A stretch of 64,000 nucleotides of DNA from Sarea resinae (Eukaryota): positions 248,001 to 312,000 of the forward strand of contig JAPEUD010000012.1 of NCBI GenBank assembly GCA_026026165.1, written 5' to 3'. The notes under the pieces are model-generated. The model made no database searches. It saw only the letters and a program-made list of their open reading frames with translations, and was not told the origin of the DNA. This document shows, piece by piece, positions 48,907-62,563 of this stretch. The position numbers were made by a program, and so were the translations under genes. Each line of letters begins with the position of its first letter. Position 1 is the first letter of the stretch.

Positions 48907-50265
48907 CTATGAGTCGTCCTCGCGTAGATTTACAAAGAAATCTCTTGCCACTTCAAAACTGAGCCAGCTACTAGCCATGCTCGGGGCAACCTTGAGCAAG
49001 TTAGGGACGATTCCCTTGTAAAGGCCTTTGAAGCCTTCTTGTGAGATGATCATCGAAGTGGCGTCCCATATTGATTTGTACTGATAACCCATGCCGGACA
49101 TGGTATTGATCTGGAATCTACGGCGCAGAACATCGCTTTTTGAGCAGAATCAGCAAAAGCTTGTGATGTTATAGAGGGGTTAGCCGGACTTACAAAGGGT
49201 ATGTGAATGTCTGGGCAACGGCGCCTGATATGCCACCGGCTGCTAACTTTCTCAAAGCGCTGGGATTCTCATCACCTTCGGGCGTCAAATATTCGCGCAC
49301 CGCTTCATAAGTCATGAAATTCAGACCAACCTTTCAACGTGTATGTTAGTCGCTTTCAAATAACAGAATGGAGAGAAAAACCCACGTAGGGAGCAACGCC
49401 GGCGACGGTAGGAATAATACCCCTATACAAAGCTAGGAATCCCCCCTCATTCTTGTACATAGTGACGAGCGTTGCCCACATTCCTGGCAGCTTCCTCTTG
49501 TATTCTTCTCCGAGTGCGGCGAATGAAGCTGATTGAATGGACAGTCTGGTCCTGACGATGTCTAATGGATAAGTGAAGACCACAGATGTGATTCCCGCGG
49601 CGCCTCCACAAATAAGCCTTCGGAAGGGCGTCAAATCCGCGCCTGGTGCAGGCTCGGCCCACTGTTTAACACGATCAGCAGCTAAACGGTATCTTTTGCT
49701 TCTTCGTGTCAAAGTAGATGACCTGCAAATTTGCGGCAGGTTCGCGGGGGGCAATGCATACCTTTTTGTAGAAGTTGTAACTTCCAAACTGCACAGCGGA
49801 GTAGGGAACTATGCGAACACAATTGGTTCCGTTACCCCTCATAAAGCCCCTCCAGCCTTCCTCTCTCCACATCTTCATTAATCCTTTGCCCACAGACAGC
49901 TTGTATTCCTCTCGCCCTACAGTCTGTATCTGGAACAAGATTTTCAGTCGCTCAAGAGGTGAGACGACCGTCCGAGATACAGCGCCAGCAAGACCACCTG
50001 CGATGAAGGCTGCGACAACAGGCTGCGACACGGCATGTCGTAGCTTTAACATCTTGGGGCCATCTGAGATTGGCAGGATTGGAGAGCCATCGACAGACTA
50101 TTGCACTGCATATCAGTCTCAAAACCCGCATGGATAAATGATACGAAAGCTCACCTTAGAGGCATTAGCAGATGCTGGAGACAGGTTTGCGATCCGTTGT
50201 AGTGGCGCATCGCGATCGCTCTCCGCATCGCCGGCGGGCGGGGTCTCTTTCCGATCTAAGCTCAT
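48907..50265 (-). CDS. Mitochondrial carrier (SLC25; YPR011C/Graves-disease-carrier-like)
   Basis: Three Px[DE]xx[KR] signatures (PLERLK, PLDIVR, PFDVLR); MRGNGTNCVRIVPYSAVQF; GLYKGIVPNLLKVAPSMA. Confidence 0.92.
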
Positions 50266-51377
50266 AATGGAACCGGTGAGTCGCACTGTGCATTCAAAAC
50301 TGAAATCGTGCCCAGGACTGTCGATTGCCTACGACAACACCGACGTCTCGCTGCGGCCGTGCTGAATGCCACCGCCCTCAGAAGCCTAGCAAGAGGCTTG
50401 AAGAAGTGCCGTGCGCCCAGCTCACGACCTCTGACGATCCAGAGGAACAACGTAAGGAGAGCTGAATCACGATGAGGGACCTGGCGTCCATTCAAAAGAA
50501 GAACGGTGATGTGATGGATCTGGCTCGCCCGACATCAGAACTCGAAACGTGGACTCGGGTGGTGAACTTTGGAGTTTGCGGATTCACTTTGGACGACTAC
50601 GACTTGTATTCGTTCCCTTGATATGTGAGATGCTGCCTGTCGACGAAGTGGAGAAGTTCTTGTACTTGATATCAAGTCCTCCAGGGTCGGCTGGCTGACT
50701 TGATTTGGGGTGAAAAGTCCTTCATGTACTTTATATCGAGTACAGAAGACTAAGGTATCAAGTCGTTGCGTTCTTCACCCCTCGACCCCAGACGGCTACC
50801 CTCGGTGAGTGAGGCATTCACTCCCAACTCTCGTGGCCGAGCTCCAAGTGTTTGCGTTACCTGGACTCTAGAATACTGCTATATATGCCTGGACCCTTTG
50901 ACATTTTGGTCACAGATCATCTCATGGAACTTCCTGTTACTGTCGCTTCTCAGGTTCCATTTCTGTAGGAGCAAGCGCGCAAAGATCATCAGCATCCGTG
51001 GAGTACTACGCAGTATAGATGCATTTCCACTGGATGCTCGAGGTACAGCCTGCCAGCCCTGTCTGGAGCAGCCCCAGAATTCTATTCCATCCCGTACTCC
51101 GTACATGGATGTGCTGTCCTTGACGTAGATTCAGGTACTGTAGCGTCACCGCAAGCAATTTTGATCACGTGAGGGCTCCGGCTCTGGCGACAACTGCAAT
51201 AATCTCCCTGGACATTCATCCAACTCGCTTCACTTCATCATCACCGTCAGCTTCTCTTGTTCATTCTTCTTCACTGCCTCACTCTGTGTGCTGTCCCCTC
51301 CCAGCTCAAGCTTGCTGCTTCTTTCGCGTGCTCACACGTCTCTGCATCCAAGCTCTCATTTTTGATACACCATCACC

Positions 51378-52435
51378 ATGTCTCGTGGAGGTGGTACCAC
51401 TCTCTATGTTACCGGCTTCGGCCACGGCACACGCGCTCGAGACCTTGCCTACGAGTTCGAACGGTACGTCAATCACGGTCGATGGATCGAGTCGTTCGTC
51501 CCATCATGTCGCTACTTTCCTCCTCCCCGTCGTTGTCGCGCCTGAGATTGTCCTCGAGGCTCCTGATCCTTCGCTCTCTTCCTTTCGATCGAAACGGTCA
51601 CTCGAACAACTTCTATATCCTCTCGCTCTATCAGTGTCTACCAAAGTTGGACGTAGGGTGGACTCTCCGATTTCGTTTGGAATGATCCGCCATCTCTTGC
51701 TCTCCTTTCAGGTCCTTCGCAGGACTGGCTGTCCCTCGTTTGACGACCGATTCTGACTTTGTAACGAAGGTATGGGCGCCTTGTCCGCTGTGACATCCCA
51801 GCTCCGCGCACGGCTGCTAGCAGATTGTAAGCCCCTCAAAGTCTCAAAATCTCGTACTGTTTTAACCTGAATCCCAGATTCGCCTTTGTCGAGTATGAAA
51901 GCCGTCGCGATGCGGATGACGCATACCATGAAATGCATAACAAACGTATCGGGAGGGATGACCTTCTGAAAATTGAGGTAAGCTATGCTATCAGGTCTTT
52001 GGTTGTTACAATTCTAATCTGAAGTTTAGTGGGCTAGAACTCCTCCATCTGCTTCCTGGCGGTTTGATTCTGGACGTGACCGCGGTGGTGAACGCGGCGG
52101 CGACCGTGGCCCAAGCCGTCGCGATCGATCCCCTCGCCGGGGTCGTTCCAACAGTCCTCCCCGTCGTCGCGGTGGTGACTTTTCTCCCCGAAAGGACGAC
52201 CGACGAGATCGAGATTACGAGAGACGTGACCGCGACCGCTCCAGAAGCCCTGATGACCGAGACAGAGAAGTCAAGGAAGATCGCGAGCGACCCGAGGAAC
52301 GGGAAAATGGAGCTAACGGAGAAGAGGCGAAAGGTTAGATTGATTCTGCGACTCTCTTAGATGGCTTGTGCTGACCCTTCAGAACCCGTTGACTCTCCAC
52401 CTCCCGCTCACGACGATCTTGATACGGCCGAGTAG
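51378..52435 (+). CDS. Single-RRM SR-like splicing factor (Srp1-like)
   Basis: MSRGGGTTLYVTGFGHGTRARDLAYEFER|YGRLVRCDIPAPR..|FAFVEYESRRDADDAY..|WARTPPS, then an RS/RD-rich tail. Exons are too short for the ORF track. Intron 1 = 51464-51769. Confidence 0.9.
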
Positions 52436-54548
52436 ATTCATCTCATGCGCTGCAAATTACTATGACAACCGTAGGTGGATCGCGGTTATCATGATATGAA
52501 TTGCGTGCCTTCAGGATATGGTCTGCTCCAGCCTTCCCCGTTGACGAGTCTGTATTGCATCAGGTAGAGTGATGCGTCAACGGCACGTATCAAAAAGTTC
52601 TAGATTGTATTCTCTCCTAGCCTTCAGATTATTCTCTCTGCCTTCCTATTTTGGCAATTCCGTTGCTTTTCTCATCACGTTTTCCTTGCGGGTGGTTGTC
52701 AAGGTTTATCTGACCAGCAGCACGATCTCGGACGGCCGGCGTAATCGAAGTTTCTTGGAACGAGGAAGTCATTCTCGTCGTCCTCGGGAGCGGGCCATTG
52801 ACACCGAGTCTACAGCATCGTATACACCATGACAGCTCATGCCATCCCGAGTCTCTACTCGCGAGCCTTCGGTCTGTTCCGTCGACGGCCCACGACCACC
52901 CGCATTACTCGAACACGGTTCGACCACAGTCAAACACGTGCACGTTGTATTAGAATGTATTTTAGCTTGAGTAGATGAATTGGTGCAAATTGGAATCCTT
53001 GAAGACTAAGACGGTATCGTGACCGTCTCTGACATGTAGTTGGTGTGATATGACATAGATCTAGAGAGGTATGGATTCCGTGGATAAGGTATCAGGCACA
53101 AGCAGCGCCCACATCACAATCATCGAGCAATTCGCCAGTGTCTCTCCTTGTTACTGTGTACAAAGTATTGGATGCAATATAGCCCGACAGGTGGCTTCAT
53201 GCTCGCACGAAGGTATCCATCTACCTAAGGTACCTACCTTACATACTTCAGTAGTAGGTTGCTTACCTTGCTTACCTGAGGGAATGCTAGCCTCCAGCTA
53301 CTGGGGGTCTGTAGGGCTGACGGGCATCCATCTGAGGGAAGAGTCGGATCGGAGATGCCAATCACCGGCTGGCGGTGGTAATCACCATCGTCATTGTTGT
53401 TATCACTCAAGCTCCATCATGATCATGGTCCGTGAGGTGGCGAGCATGACTGTATGGATGTCAGTCTGCTGACCGTGGAGACTGGGTCACACGCAGAAGC
53501 GTCTTGAATCGAATGGAAGGGTGGACAAATACTGTCCATCCGTGGAGTCGGTCAGCTTCCATCACTTTCGCTGGCGGTGGGCAAAACAATGAATGGATCG
53601 TAAAAAGTCAACAGCTCGCTCACTCATGACTTCCGGCTTACGGGAGTCGGGCAAGTCTAGAGGAGGCCATGGGAGCCCGGGAGATGTGCAGCAATCGGCA
53701 TCCGCGAGATTCCGGTTTCCGATGCTGATCTCCTCCAGCTTTCCATCCGAGGTTCTTCGCCAACCTGAACGCAACACTCGTCAAATCATTTCTGAACCTC
53801 TGATTAATCGCCAGAGGGAAAGTCTGTGCCGCTGAGTCAGCTCATGGCGGCGCTCGTTCGGAGAGCTTGACAGACTCCCCGTTCGTGATGGCTTCGATTC
53901 GTGCCAGCCCTGGAGAGCACCGAGGGAGTACGTAGTACTCTGAGTAGTACTGGCGCACGGAGACCCCGACGGGGCCGAGAGCAACGGAGTTCCACGGACT
54001 GGATGCGCCTTTATGCCCGAAGTACCAAGGGCCGCTGGGCGGGCCTTACATAGTAGTCGCGCGACCGGGGCGTTTAGCACGTAGCATGCAGCATCGACTA
54101 GGTACGATGCATCATTGACTCTCGTCATCGTGCTTTGCTCTCCGTGACACTCTAATCGGTCCAGAGATGGATCCATCGCCCATACGTTTGCCCATTCTCC
54201 CCACCGCCACCACCACCTCCGTATATATCAGCAGAAGGGCCAGCTGTGGTCGCACCTCTGGCGTTGTACTCCATCATCCTTCAATCGTGCGTGATTGTTG
54301 TGTATCACTCGTACAGATCGTTCCCTCTGCCAATCCGAAGAAGCCATCGTTGCTCCTATTGAGCTTGGTGATCCTCCTATCCAGCCGCCCACGTCTAAGC
54401 CAAACGCCTCAATCGATCCGACGACGACCCAACGATCCAACAGGATAGTCAGCCTTGTCCTCCTCCGAACAATTCATCATCATTCGAAATCTTCGTTGGG
54501 GTGCGTCGACGTCTCTTGTCGCAATCAAGACCAAATCAACCCCCCACA

Positions 54549-56914
54549 ATGTCTCCGGCTTCGGACTCAGACGAATCCTTTGACGGCGCCTCCAGCTTGG
54601 TCGGCACATTTACGACGGATGGAACCGCCGCGCTGACACCTGGCTCATTGGACGGTCAACAAGACAAAGACCATAGCGTACCAGCAAACCCCCATACCAC
54701 CTTTGCCGTCCCTGTTCGAAGGGTCGATGACCTTCGATCTAAATACAATACCAGCAGTCAGTCAATCTCTTCGTCGAGCGAAGAGGACTATGATACTCTG
54801 CAACCCGATCCTTCGGCCATGATAGCGGGAAGCAAAGGAGGGGGTGCTGAGGCTTCAGAAGGCGGGTCAGATTTGCGAAGGAATAGCTGGAGTCCCGGAG
54901 AGGTGAAGGATGAGCAACCAAAGTCGTCCCTCGACAGCAGCTCCAAAGCAGCTTCGTCCGAAACCAGTCGACCTCCACTTGAGAGGCAGAGAAGCGTCAA
55001 GGTTAAACTAGAGAAGACCGATCGGAAAGGGCGTTACATTCTGGTCGCAGATGATCGTGAGCTGCGTGAAGTCCTTCGTGAAGGGCTCGAGTACCAGACG
55101 GCCGTGCAGCAGAAAAAGCAGCGTCCACGGTTTCGGGATCTGGTTTTCACGAGGCAGTTTACAGCGTTTGACCGCCAAAATCCTCAAAGTGCAGAATCGC
55201 CATTCCACGGTTTCTTCACTTTGTTTTGGCTAGGCACTGCTCTACTGTTGCTGAAGATTGCGGCGCAAAATTGGAAGACCTATGGCAGCATCTTTGGCAG
55301 ACATGAGATCTTGGATCTCATGTTCCGTAGAGATGTCGCTGTTATGGGCTTGACCGATGGAGTCATGTGCGGAAGTACTGCCTTCTGTGTTCTCTTGCAG
55401 AAGGCCATCGTCAAAGGTTATTTACGCTGGAACCGGGAAGGCTGGATCATTCAAAATGTATGCCGCCTTTTGTTCATGGGTTGCGATCTTATTTGCCGTC
55501 ACCCCACGACAAAGGTTCCGTATGCTAACACACTTGACTTCATCTATAGATCTGGCAGACATTCTTCCTAGGTGCCGTGATTGGTTGGAGTCGTTATAGG
55601 AACTGGCCGTGGACACATACCGTTTTCATTGTGCTCCACTGCATGGTCATGCTCATGAAACAGCATAGCTATGCATTCTACAATGGATATCGTAGGTTCA
55701 ACCTCTTCATTATATCCCTTCTCTACACAGGTCGGTCTGGCCTTTTATGTTCTATCAACTAATGCCATTGTGTGCAGTGTCCGAGGTTTACCGGCGCAAA
55801 ACGTTGCTTGAGAAGAAACTTCGAGAACTCAAGGATATTGAACCAGACAATGCCATTTCGGACGGTCAAAAATACCCCACTGCCTTGTCCACGTCTCGTG
55901 AGGATCCCCAACACATTCAGAGTGTTGAACATCGTCGTCACTCATTGATCTCCAAACGCTCTTCCGCACTCAATCAAGAGCACACCGAGGTTGCGGCAGT
56001 CGCAGCAGCCATCGAATCTGGGGATCCCCTCAACCTCGAACAGATTGAATCCTTTGAACGAATCATCAATTGGGAACTGGACGACATGAATGAAGAATTG
56101 AAGGGGAAATGCTCCGAGACGCATAACTGCTTCCCGAGCAACCTCAACATCAAAAACTTTGCTGAATATATTGTCCTTCCCACGGTTGTCTACGAGCTGG
56201 AATATCCGCGACAGGAGAAGATCAACTGGTGGTATGTGGCCGAGAAGACGGCTGCCACCTTTGGATCTCTGATCGTCATGCAAGTCGTGAGTGAGGCATA
56301 CATCTATCCACATGTCATGCGCACCGTCGAGATGAAAGAGCAAGGGATGCCATTGATCGAACGATTGCAAGAGTTTCCCTGGGTCCTGAGCGACATGATG
56401 TTTCCATTCATGATGGAATATCTGTTGTCCTGGTACGTCATCTGGGAATGTATCGTAAGTTGATTTCTTTCCCATGTAGTTCTTCTCGCCTGCTGACCAT
56501 CGTCTCTAGCTTAATGTTCTCGCCGAGGTGACCCGGTTCGCGGATCGTGGCTTCTACGGCGATTGGTGGAACAGCGTTTCTTGGGACCAGTACGCGCGCG
56601 ACTGGAACAGACCCGTGCACAACTTCCTCCTGCGCCATGTCTACCACTCATCCATCTCAGCGTTCCACCTCTCGCGCTCGTCGGCCACGCTCGTGACCTT
56701 CTTTTTATCATCTTGCATCCATGAGCTGGTCATGTGGTGCATCTTCAATAAGTTACGCGGTTATCTGCTAGCCATGCAGATGTTGCAGATCCCGCTCGTC
56801 ATGCTGAGCCAGACGCGGTTCTTGAAGGGTCGCACGATACTGGGGAATGCGATCTTTTGGCTTGGCATCATGACTGGGCCGAGCTTCTTGTGCAGTCTGT
56901 ATCTCATCATCTAG
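54549..56914 (+). CDS. ARE2: Sterol O-acyltransferase (MBOAT, ARE1/ARE2 family)
   Basis: FHGFFTLFW; MKQHSY; PTVVYELEYPR; FYGDWWN; WNRPVHNFLLRHVY; HELV active-site His. Confidence 0.92.
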
Positions 56915-58080
56915 GTCGTCGTATATATGGGAAGAGGGGCTTGCTTGCGTTGTCGAGACAGGCTGGTCTTGTCGTCATTGCTGCTGTCGAGATGATCTAT
57001 GAGTTTCCAAATGTCGGTCTTTGCTGGCTCGATACCTCTCGTATTGGCGTGGCGTCGGCGTTCTCCAAGGGCTAGCGGGCTGGGTGTATGATTGACCAGC
57101 TGAATTTGGGGTTGCGCGAGGCGTGAAGTTGCACATATATCTACTCTATACATAATGGGCGAATCATCATCATCATCATTGAATGATTCTGATCATCAAT
57201 CATCATGGCTTGTGCAATGACGAGCGAAAGCCATGGGCCAAGGAAAGCGTCCCATTGAAGAAACTTTGAGTGACGGGCTGGCTGGCTGACTTGCGGGCAT
57301 TCAACAACCAACTCACTTCCTCCCCACAAGACCTACTCTTCCCGATCTCTCCCCCGTCGTTGGTGTCGTGAATCGACCAAAGAATAAAAGGGTTGCTCTC
57401 GACGTAGCATCTCCCCTCGTTGTTATTGATGTGAGGATCCGATCTATGGCTTGCCCCGGTGCCGTTGCCGGTGCCGGTGCCGATAGCCGGAAAGACCCCG
57501 GCCGATCTATGGGCTCGTACCTGAAGTACCTGAAGTGTCTACGGAGTAGAGTTTGGTGCCAGATCAGCGAGATAGAGTGCTGACAGTACTCTGCAGCGGT
57601 ACCGAGGAACTCCCCTTCATTGCCGTTTTGAGATGGTATTACGAATCCAGAGCAGATGAGATCATTTAGCAGATCAGATGTCCGATGCGTGCAGGCAGGT
57701 ACTGCGTAGGTCAGTGGGGTCGAGTGCTGAGTAGAGCAGAGAAGAGTCGAGTGGGAAGAAGGGTGCCCCTCTTTCTCTCTTCCCCCTCTTACCCTTTTGT
57801 GTGTGTACGCTCTCCTTGCATGATTTATGTAGGAGTTAGTAATAGGCCCTGTCTCGTCTCCGTCTCAATTTGACACGTCCGCATCAATTGGGCTTCCTAC
57901 CTTCTCTGTCTTTTCTTCTCTATCTCCCCCTTCTTCATCCTCTTCCTTCTCCTCTTCCCTGAAAACCCATCTAGCTAGGTAGGCCTCCTATACGCTTGAG
58001 ATCTCTCGATTCGGCGGAAATTGAGATTCTAGCTGCAGAGACTTAATCAGGGCAGCAGGCAGGCACGCACGCAGGCAGAC

Positions 58081-59035
58081 ATGGCTAGTAACCCTCCCGG
58101 GAAATGCTGCACGGTGGGCGTCAAGCATGAGGGCAAAGCCACGGGCGAGATGAAGATGGTGGGAGATGGTTTGCTTCCCCTTCCTTTTCCTCTCCTTCCC
58201 TTCCCTTGCCTCCCCTTCCCGTTTTATGCCCCCTCGAAGCCCATCCCAAACACCCTCCCCCCTCCCTCCCTCCCTCCCTCCCTCCCTCCCCCACCATCAA
58301 GCCCTTCGCACAAAAATATGTAACGTCCACCTCACTCACCTTCCTCCAACAGTGGAAACATACTTCGCCTACCCCGCCTCCAAAGACCCCACCAATGCGA
58401 TCCTCATCCTGACCGACGTCATCGGCCACGCCTTCCTCAACGCCCAGCTCATCGCCGACCAATTCGCCGCCAACGGCTACCTGGTCGCCATGCCCGACCT
58501 GTTCGCCCACGACGCCGTCCCGCTCAACTACAGCAGCACGGGGTTTTCCCTGCCGGCCTGGCTGCGCCACCACGACGTCGCGGCCACCGAGCCCATCGTC
58601 ACGGCGCTGATCACCTATCTGCGCAGCGACGCCGTGGGCGTCAAGAACCTCGGTGCCGTGGGGTACTGCTTCGGGGCCAAGTACGTCGTGCGCGCGCTGG
58701 CTCCGCAGCCGGGCGGTGGTGACCAGCAGAAGAAGATCCAAGCCGCCTACGTCGCGCACCCGTCGTTTGTCGACGCCGAGGAGCTGGCCCGCATCGCCGC
58801 GCCCCTGAGCATCGCCGCCGCCGAGACGGATGAGATCTTCACCGTCGAGAAACGGCATGAGTCGGAGAAGATCCTGGCGGGCGTCGGGCAGCCGTATCGG
58901 CTGGTGCTGTATAGTGGCGTCGCGCATGGGTTCGCGGTCCGTGGCGATCCGTCCAAGCCTGATGCCAGGGCTGCCAAGGAGGAGGCGTTTTTGCAGGCGG
59001 TGAACTGGTTCGATCGCTTTGTCAAGCGCGCTTAG
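58081..59035 (+). CDS. Dienelactone hydrolase family protein (AIM2-like)
   Basis: MASNPPGKCCTVGVKHEG; LTDVIG..NAQLIADQFA; GYCFGAKY; AHPS; AAAETD; HGFAVR. One intron near 58169-58352 containing (CCCT)n. Confidence 0.92.
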
Positions 59036-59699
59036 GCATATGAACGATACACGGATATATACATATAAACAAGAAAAAGAGGGGTAGGGGCGCAAGGAGA
59101 AAGTCTATAGAAATACATTTACGTAGAACAAAAACACAGAATCATCTAAGCTCATACAAGGCATCCAATCTCAAGCAACACATCTCAAGGGCTACACATA
59201 TACACACAATCATAATATAACATTCCAAAGAATGATATCGATCCCATCGTATCTTGTCCTAGCTAGCTAGTCTCGTCGAGGATTCATTCACCCTGCATCG
59301 ACGTGTCTATCTCTCTATCTTGTCGGTGCGGCCATTGCCATTATCGTTGTCGTTGTCATCCACCCATTGATCTGTTAATACTTCTCCGTTCAATCATAAA
59401 CATAGGCTCTTGGCACGTCCCGAGATAGTAGAGAAGACAAGACTAACGGACCGGCCGTGACAGCATGAGCTGAGTCAGTCGCCAAGACGGACCGAGACGA
59501 ACGGACATAAGTGATACGAGATCCGTGATGGTGAGAACGATCGATGACAAGTAGGATAGGCAGGAGACAAAGATAAAAAAAGACGGGATGAGTAAGAAGC
59601 ACTGGCAGAGAGAGAATAAAGACATACAGAGAAGGGCAAAGGGAAAGATAGAAGGGGGTCGACATAGACAGGAAGAACTATAGACGTAAGGAAAGTTTT

Positions 59700-61946
59700 T
59701 CACATCTTCTCGTGCGTCGCCATCAGAGAACCTAATTAGAGATAAAGTCAGTCAAGGGCTCCTAGTTTCGTATCTTCTCATCCAAACACAGGGCAAAACA
59801 TACCGATGAACGTAACAATCAGTCTCGAGCGAACTTGGCAGATGTCCTCGGGAACCAGCCAGATCGTCGCGCCCATCTTTCGCGCAATACTGATAGCCAG
59901 CTTGGCATTCGCGTACGCCTCGTCCTCGGTACGACCAGAGTACACAAGGTCGTAGTCGACATAGGAGCTCTTCATGCCATTGAGAACATCCAGCAGATAG
60001 ACGCCCGTACCAAGATTCTGGTCCTTGAAGCTGCGAATCGATGACGTCTTGCCGCCTTTACGCGACATATCATTGGCCCATCTAACCATTTCGGCGTCGG
60101 TGATCTCGCGCTTGCCGAGACGTTGGGCGAGGGCGGTGAGCGTCTCAGAAATATCCCTTCGCATCAGTTGCCACACCATGCCGAGGGTCAGGGTTCGTTG
60201 ACCGTCTGTAATATCCGCGCCTTGAATTCCGACCAAAGAGAAACCGATTTGCTTTCCGAGCTCGACGGCGTAGTTGGTGTTCTCGACTGCCTTGAAGCGC
60301 ATGAGCTCTCCACCTGCACGAGGCTTATTGACGTGTCGCCAGTTGACACTGCCTGGGATGACCTTGTCGTATGCCTGGAGTAGGATTGTGCCGTCACGGA
60401 GATCATCAAATAGAGAGTTGACTGCCGGCTGCACATCGAGGGAGTTAAGCCAAAGAGTAAAGACGCGGGCCTCTCGTTCACCTTCGGCATCGAAATCCTC
60501 CACTTCCAATTTCTCTTCTTCTGTGATCGGATCGAGTCCTGGGTGGTTGTTGAACAAGTTTGCGACAAAAGCAAGGTTCAGCTTGGGATTACCCGCAACC
60601 AGAGACGTAGGTGTCAAGAACTTGCGGCAATCGAGCTTATCTGAATTTTGCAGAACTTCCTCTGCACGTTGTAGGAGGTCCCGGGTTTGCAGAGGTGCGC
60701 GAGAGCAGTAATCAGGAGCTAGCTGGTTCAGGAGAACGGTGTAGTTCTCGCCATCCTTCACATCGCTTGAGAAATTAGATACTCTGCATTGGCGGTCAGT
60801 CACGTTTTGCGCGCTAATTATGATCAAGCACCAACCTTCGGTCCCACTTTGCGTTCTTGAGATGATAATTGAACCATCTGAGCAGGATCTGTTCCGGTGG
60901 CAATCTCAAGAATTGCTCCAGGGTTTCATCCTCTTCTAAAAGTCGGTAGAGTTCCGGGTGCAGCTTGATGTCAATTTTTCCCAACAGCCCACGTCGGATG
61001 ACTTGCCAGATCAGGCCCAAAATCAAGTGTTCCCGAACTTCAAAGATATCTTCGCTTCCGATGTTAACGACAGAGCAACCAATACCTTTCGCAGAGTTGA
61101 TGACGATGTTGTTGTTCTCTGTCATGTGAAACGCATTCAACGTCTTGATCTTTTTCCCTGGCCGATTCAATACGCGCTCATCGATGGTGTCGGGAACACT
61201 GTCGTTGATCAACTTCGCCAACACAAGTCCATCCTTGCACTCGTCAAACATCTGAAATGTATCCGTGGGAAAAGGAAGTCGGTCGCCGATATCAGGATCT
61301 CCTGCGAGCACGGCGTTGATATGCCTCGTAAATTCCGTGCGCTCATCCTCATTGATGGTGTGCGTGACATTTGCCGATGAGCCCTGAACCTGAATTCTTC
61401 CCCCTACGCTGCTCTTCGAGGCATGACCAGGACCCGAGGAGGCCGCGACTCCATTGCCCGGTGGTCCAGCTTGCCGAGTAGGGCCCGTAGACATTCGCTT
61501 CTGCGCCGGAGAGGATTCACGAAGTTTTGAGATGAGCTAGCAGACATGTCGTTAGTACCGGGAAGCATGAATCAAGTTACACAGTCAAGGAATCTACATA
61601 CATCCACATAGTCATCCAGCTCGACTCTCCTTGAGCTATCGAGCTCCACCTCCTTCAAGGCTTGTCTCACGACGTCATACGGTTGCCGTTCGGTTTGTTG
61701 CGTGGCTTTGATAACTGTTGCTTCATCTATGTAGCCCTTATCGTCCACATCGAGTTTGCGAAAAGCATCTTGCAGGCCGAAGATATCGGCTTGCTGAAAC
61801 TGAGGGTATTTTCTAAAGCCACGTTAGCCAAAGTACTGAGGCATATAAATCGACTGGTGAAACATGCAATCGCGAGGAGACAAGCTCGCGCAGTGTAAGG
61901 GAACCAGCAAGAGCGGTATTTACTTTTGGAGTTTGATGACATTCAT
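59700..61946 (-). CDS. SAC6: Fimbrin (actin-bundling; EF-hand + 4 CH domains), multi-exon
   Basis: MNVIKLQK start; CKDGLVLAKLINDSVPDTIDER; LRWFNYHL; EREARVFTLWLNSL; AISIARKMGA. Ends MATHEKM-TGA. Confidence 0.96.
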
Positions 61947-62563
61947 CTTTTGGTCGGACGCAAATTGCGACGGAGTCGATGTTGTTGTTTAGACGTGGTA
62001 AGTGGGGGGGGGAATACAGTGGAGCCTGGGGCACATGCAAGAGATATGGGCCGAATGTGTTCGAAGATGCCTACAGCCAGGCGAGGCGACGATTCCAGTT
62101 CAGGCCGTGGACGCGTGTTTGATTGAAAGCTGATGGTGAGGTGAGGATGGGTTGGTGTTTTGGGTGGGTGGTGCGTAAGAAACAGATCGGATTGGGTAGG
62201 AAGAGAGATGATGGGCTGCTCGCTGACGTTGATTGCCAAGACTCTCAGGCCCCGCCGACGGCTGTCGACCGAGCCACCGCCACCGCCACAGCCACGGCCA
62301 CAGCCACAACGGGTAGAGAAGTAACCATGAATCCCTTACCCCACTGCGCAGTACTGAATTCAGTAGACGACCATTCCCAACATGGAGCCGTTGCGGCTAC
62401 AATCATCGCACGTTCATGATCGATCAAAGGAAGAAGCAGAGTCATGTCCCATCGCAAAGGGTTTGCATTGATCTGGCTAGAGATAGTCACCAAAGGGGTA
62501 TCCAGAATCTACTCGGCCACACTCCACCATATCTTCATTCCCATCACTCGCTGTCCGGCATTT

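Noticed and set aside
51169..51756. 195-aa and 142-aa ORFs over the SR gene start
   Set aside because: They run through the 5' UTR and intron 1; the spliced RRM model explains the region.
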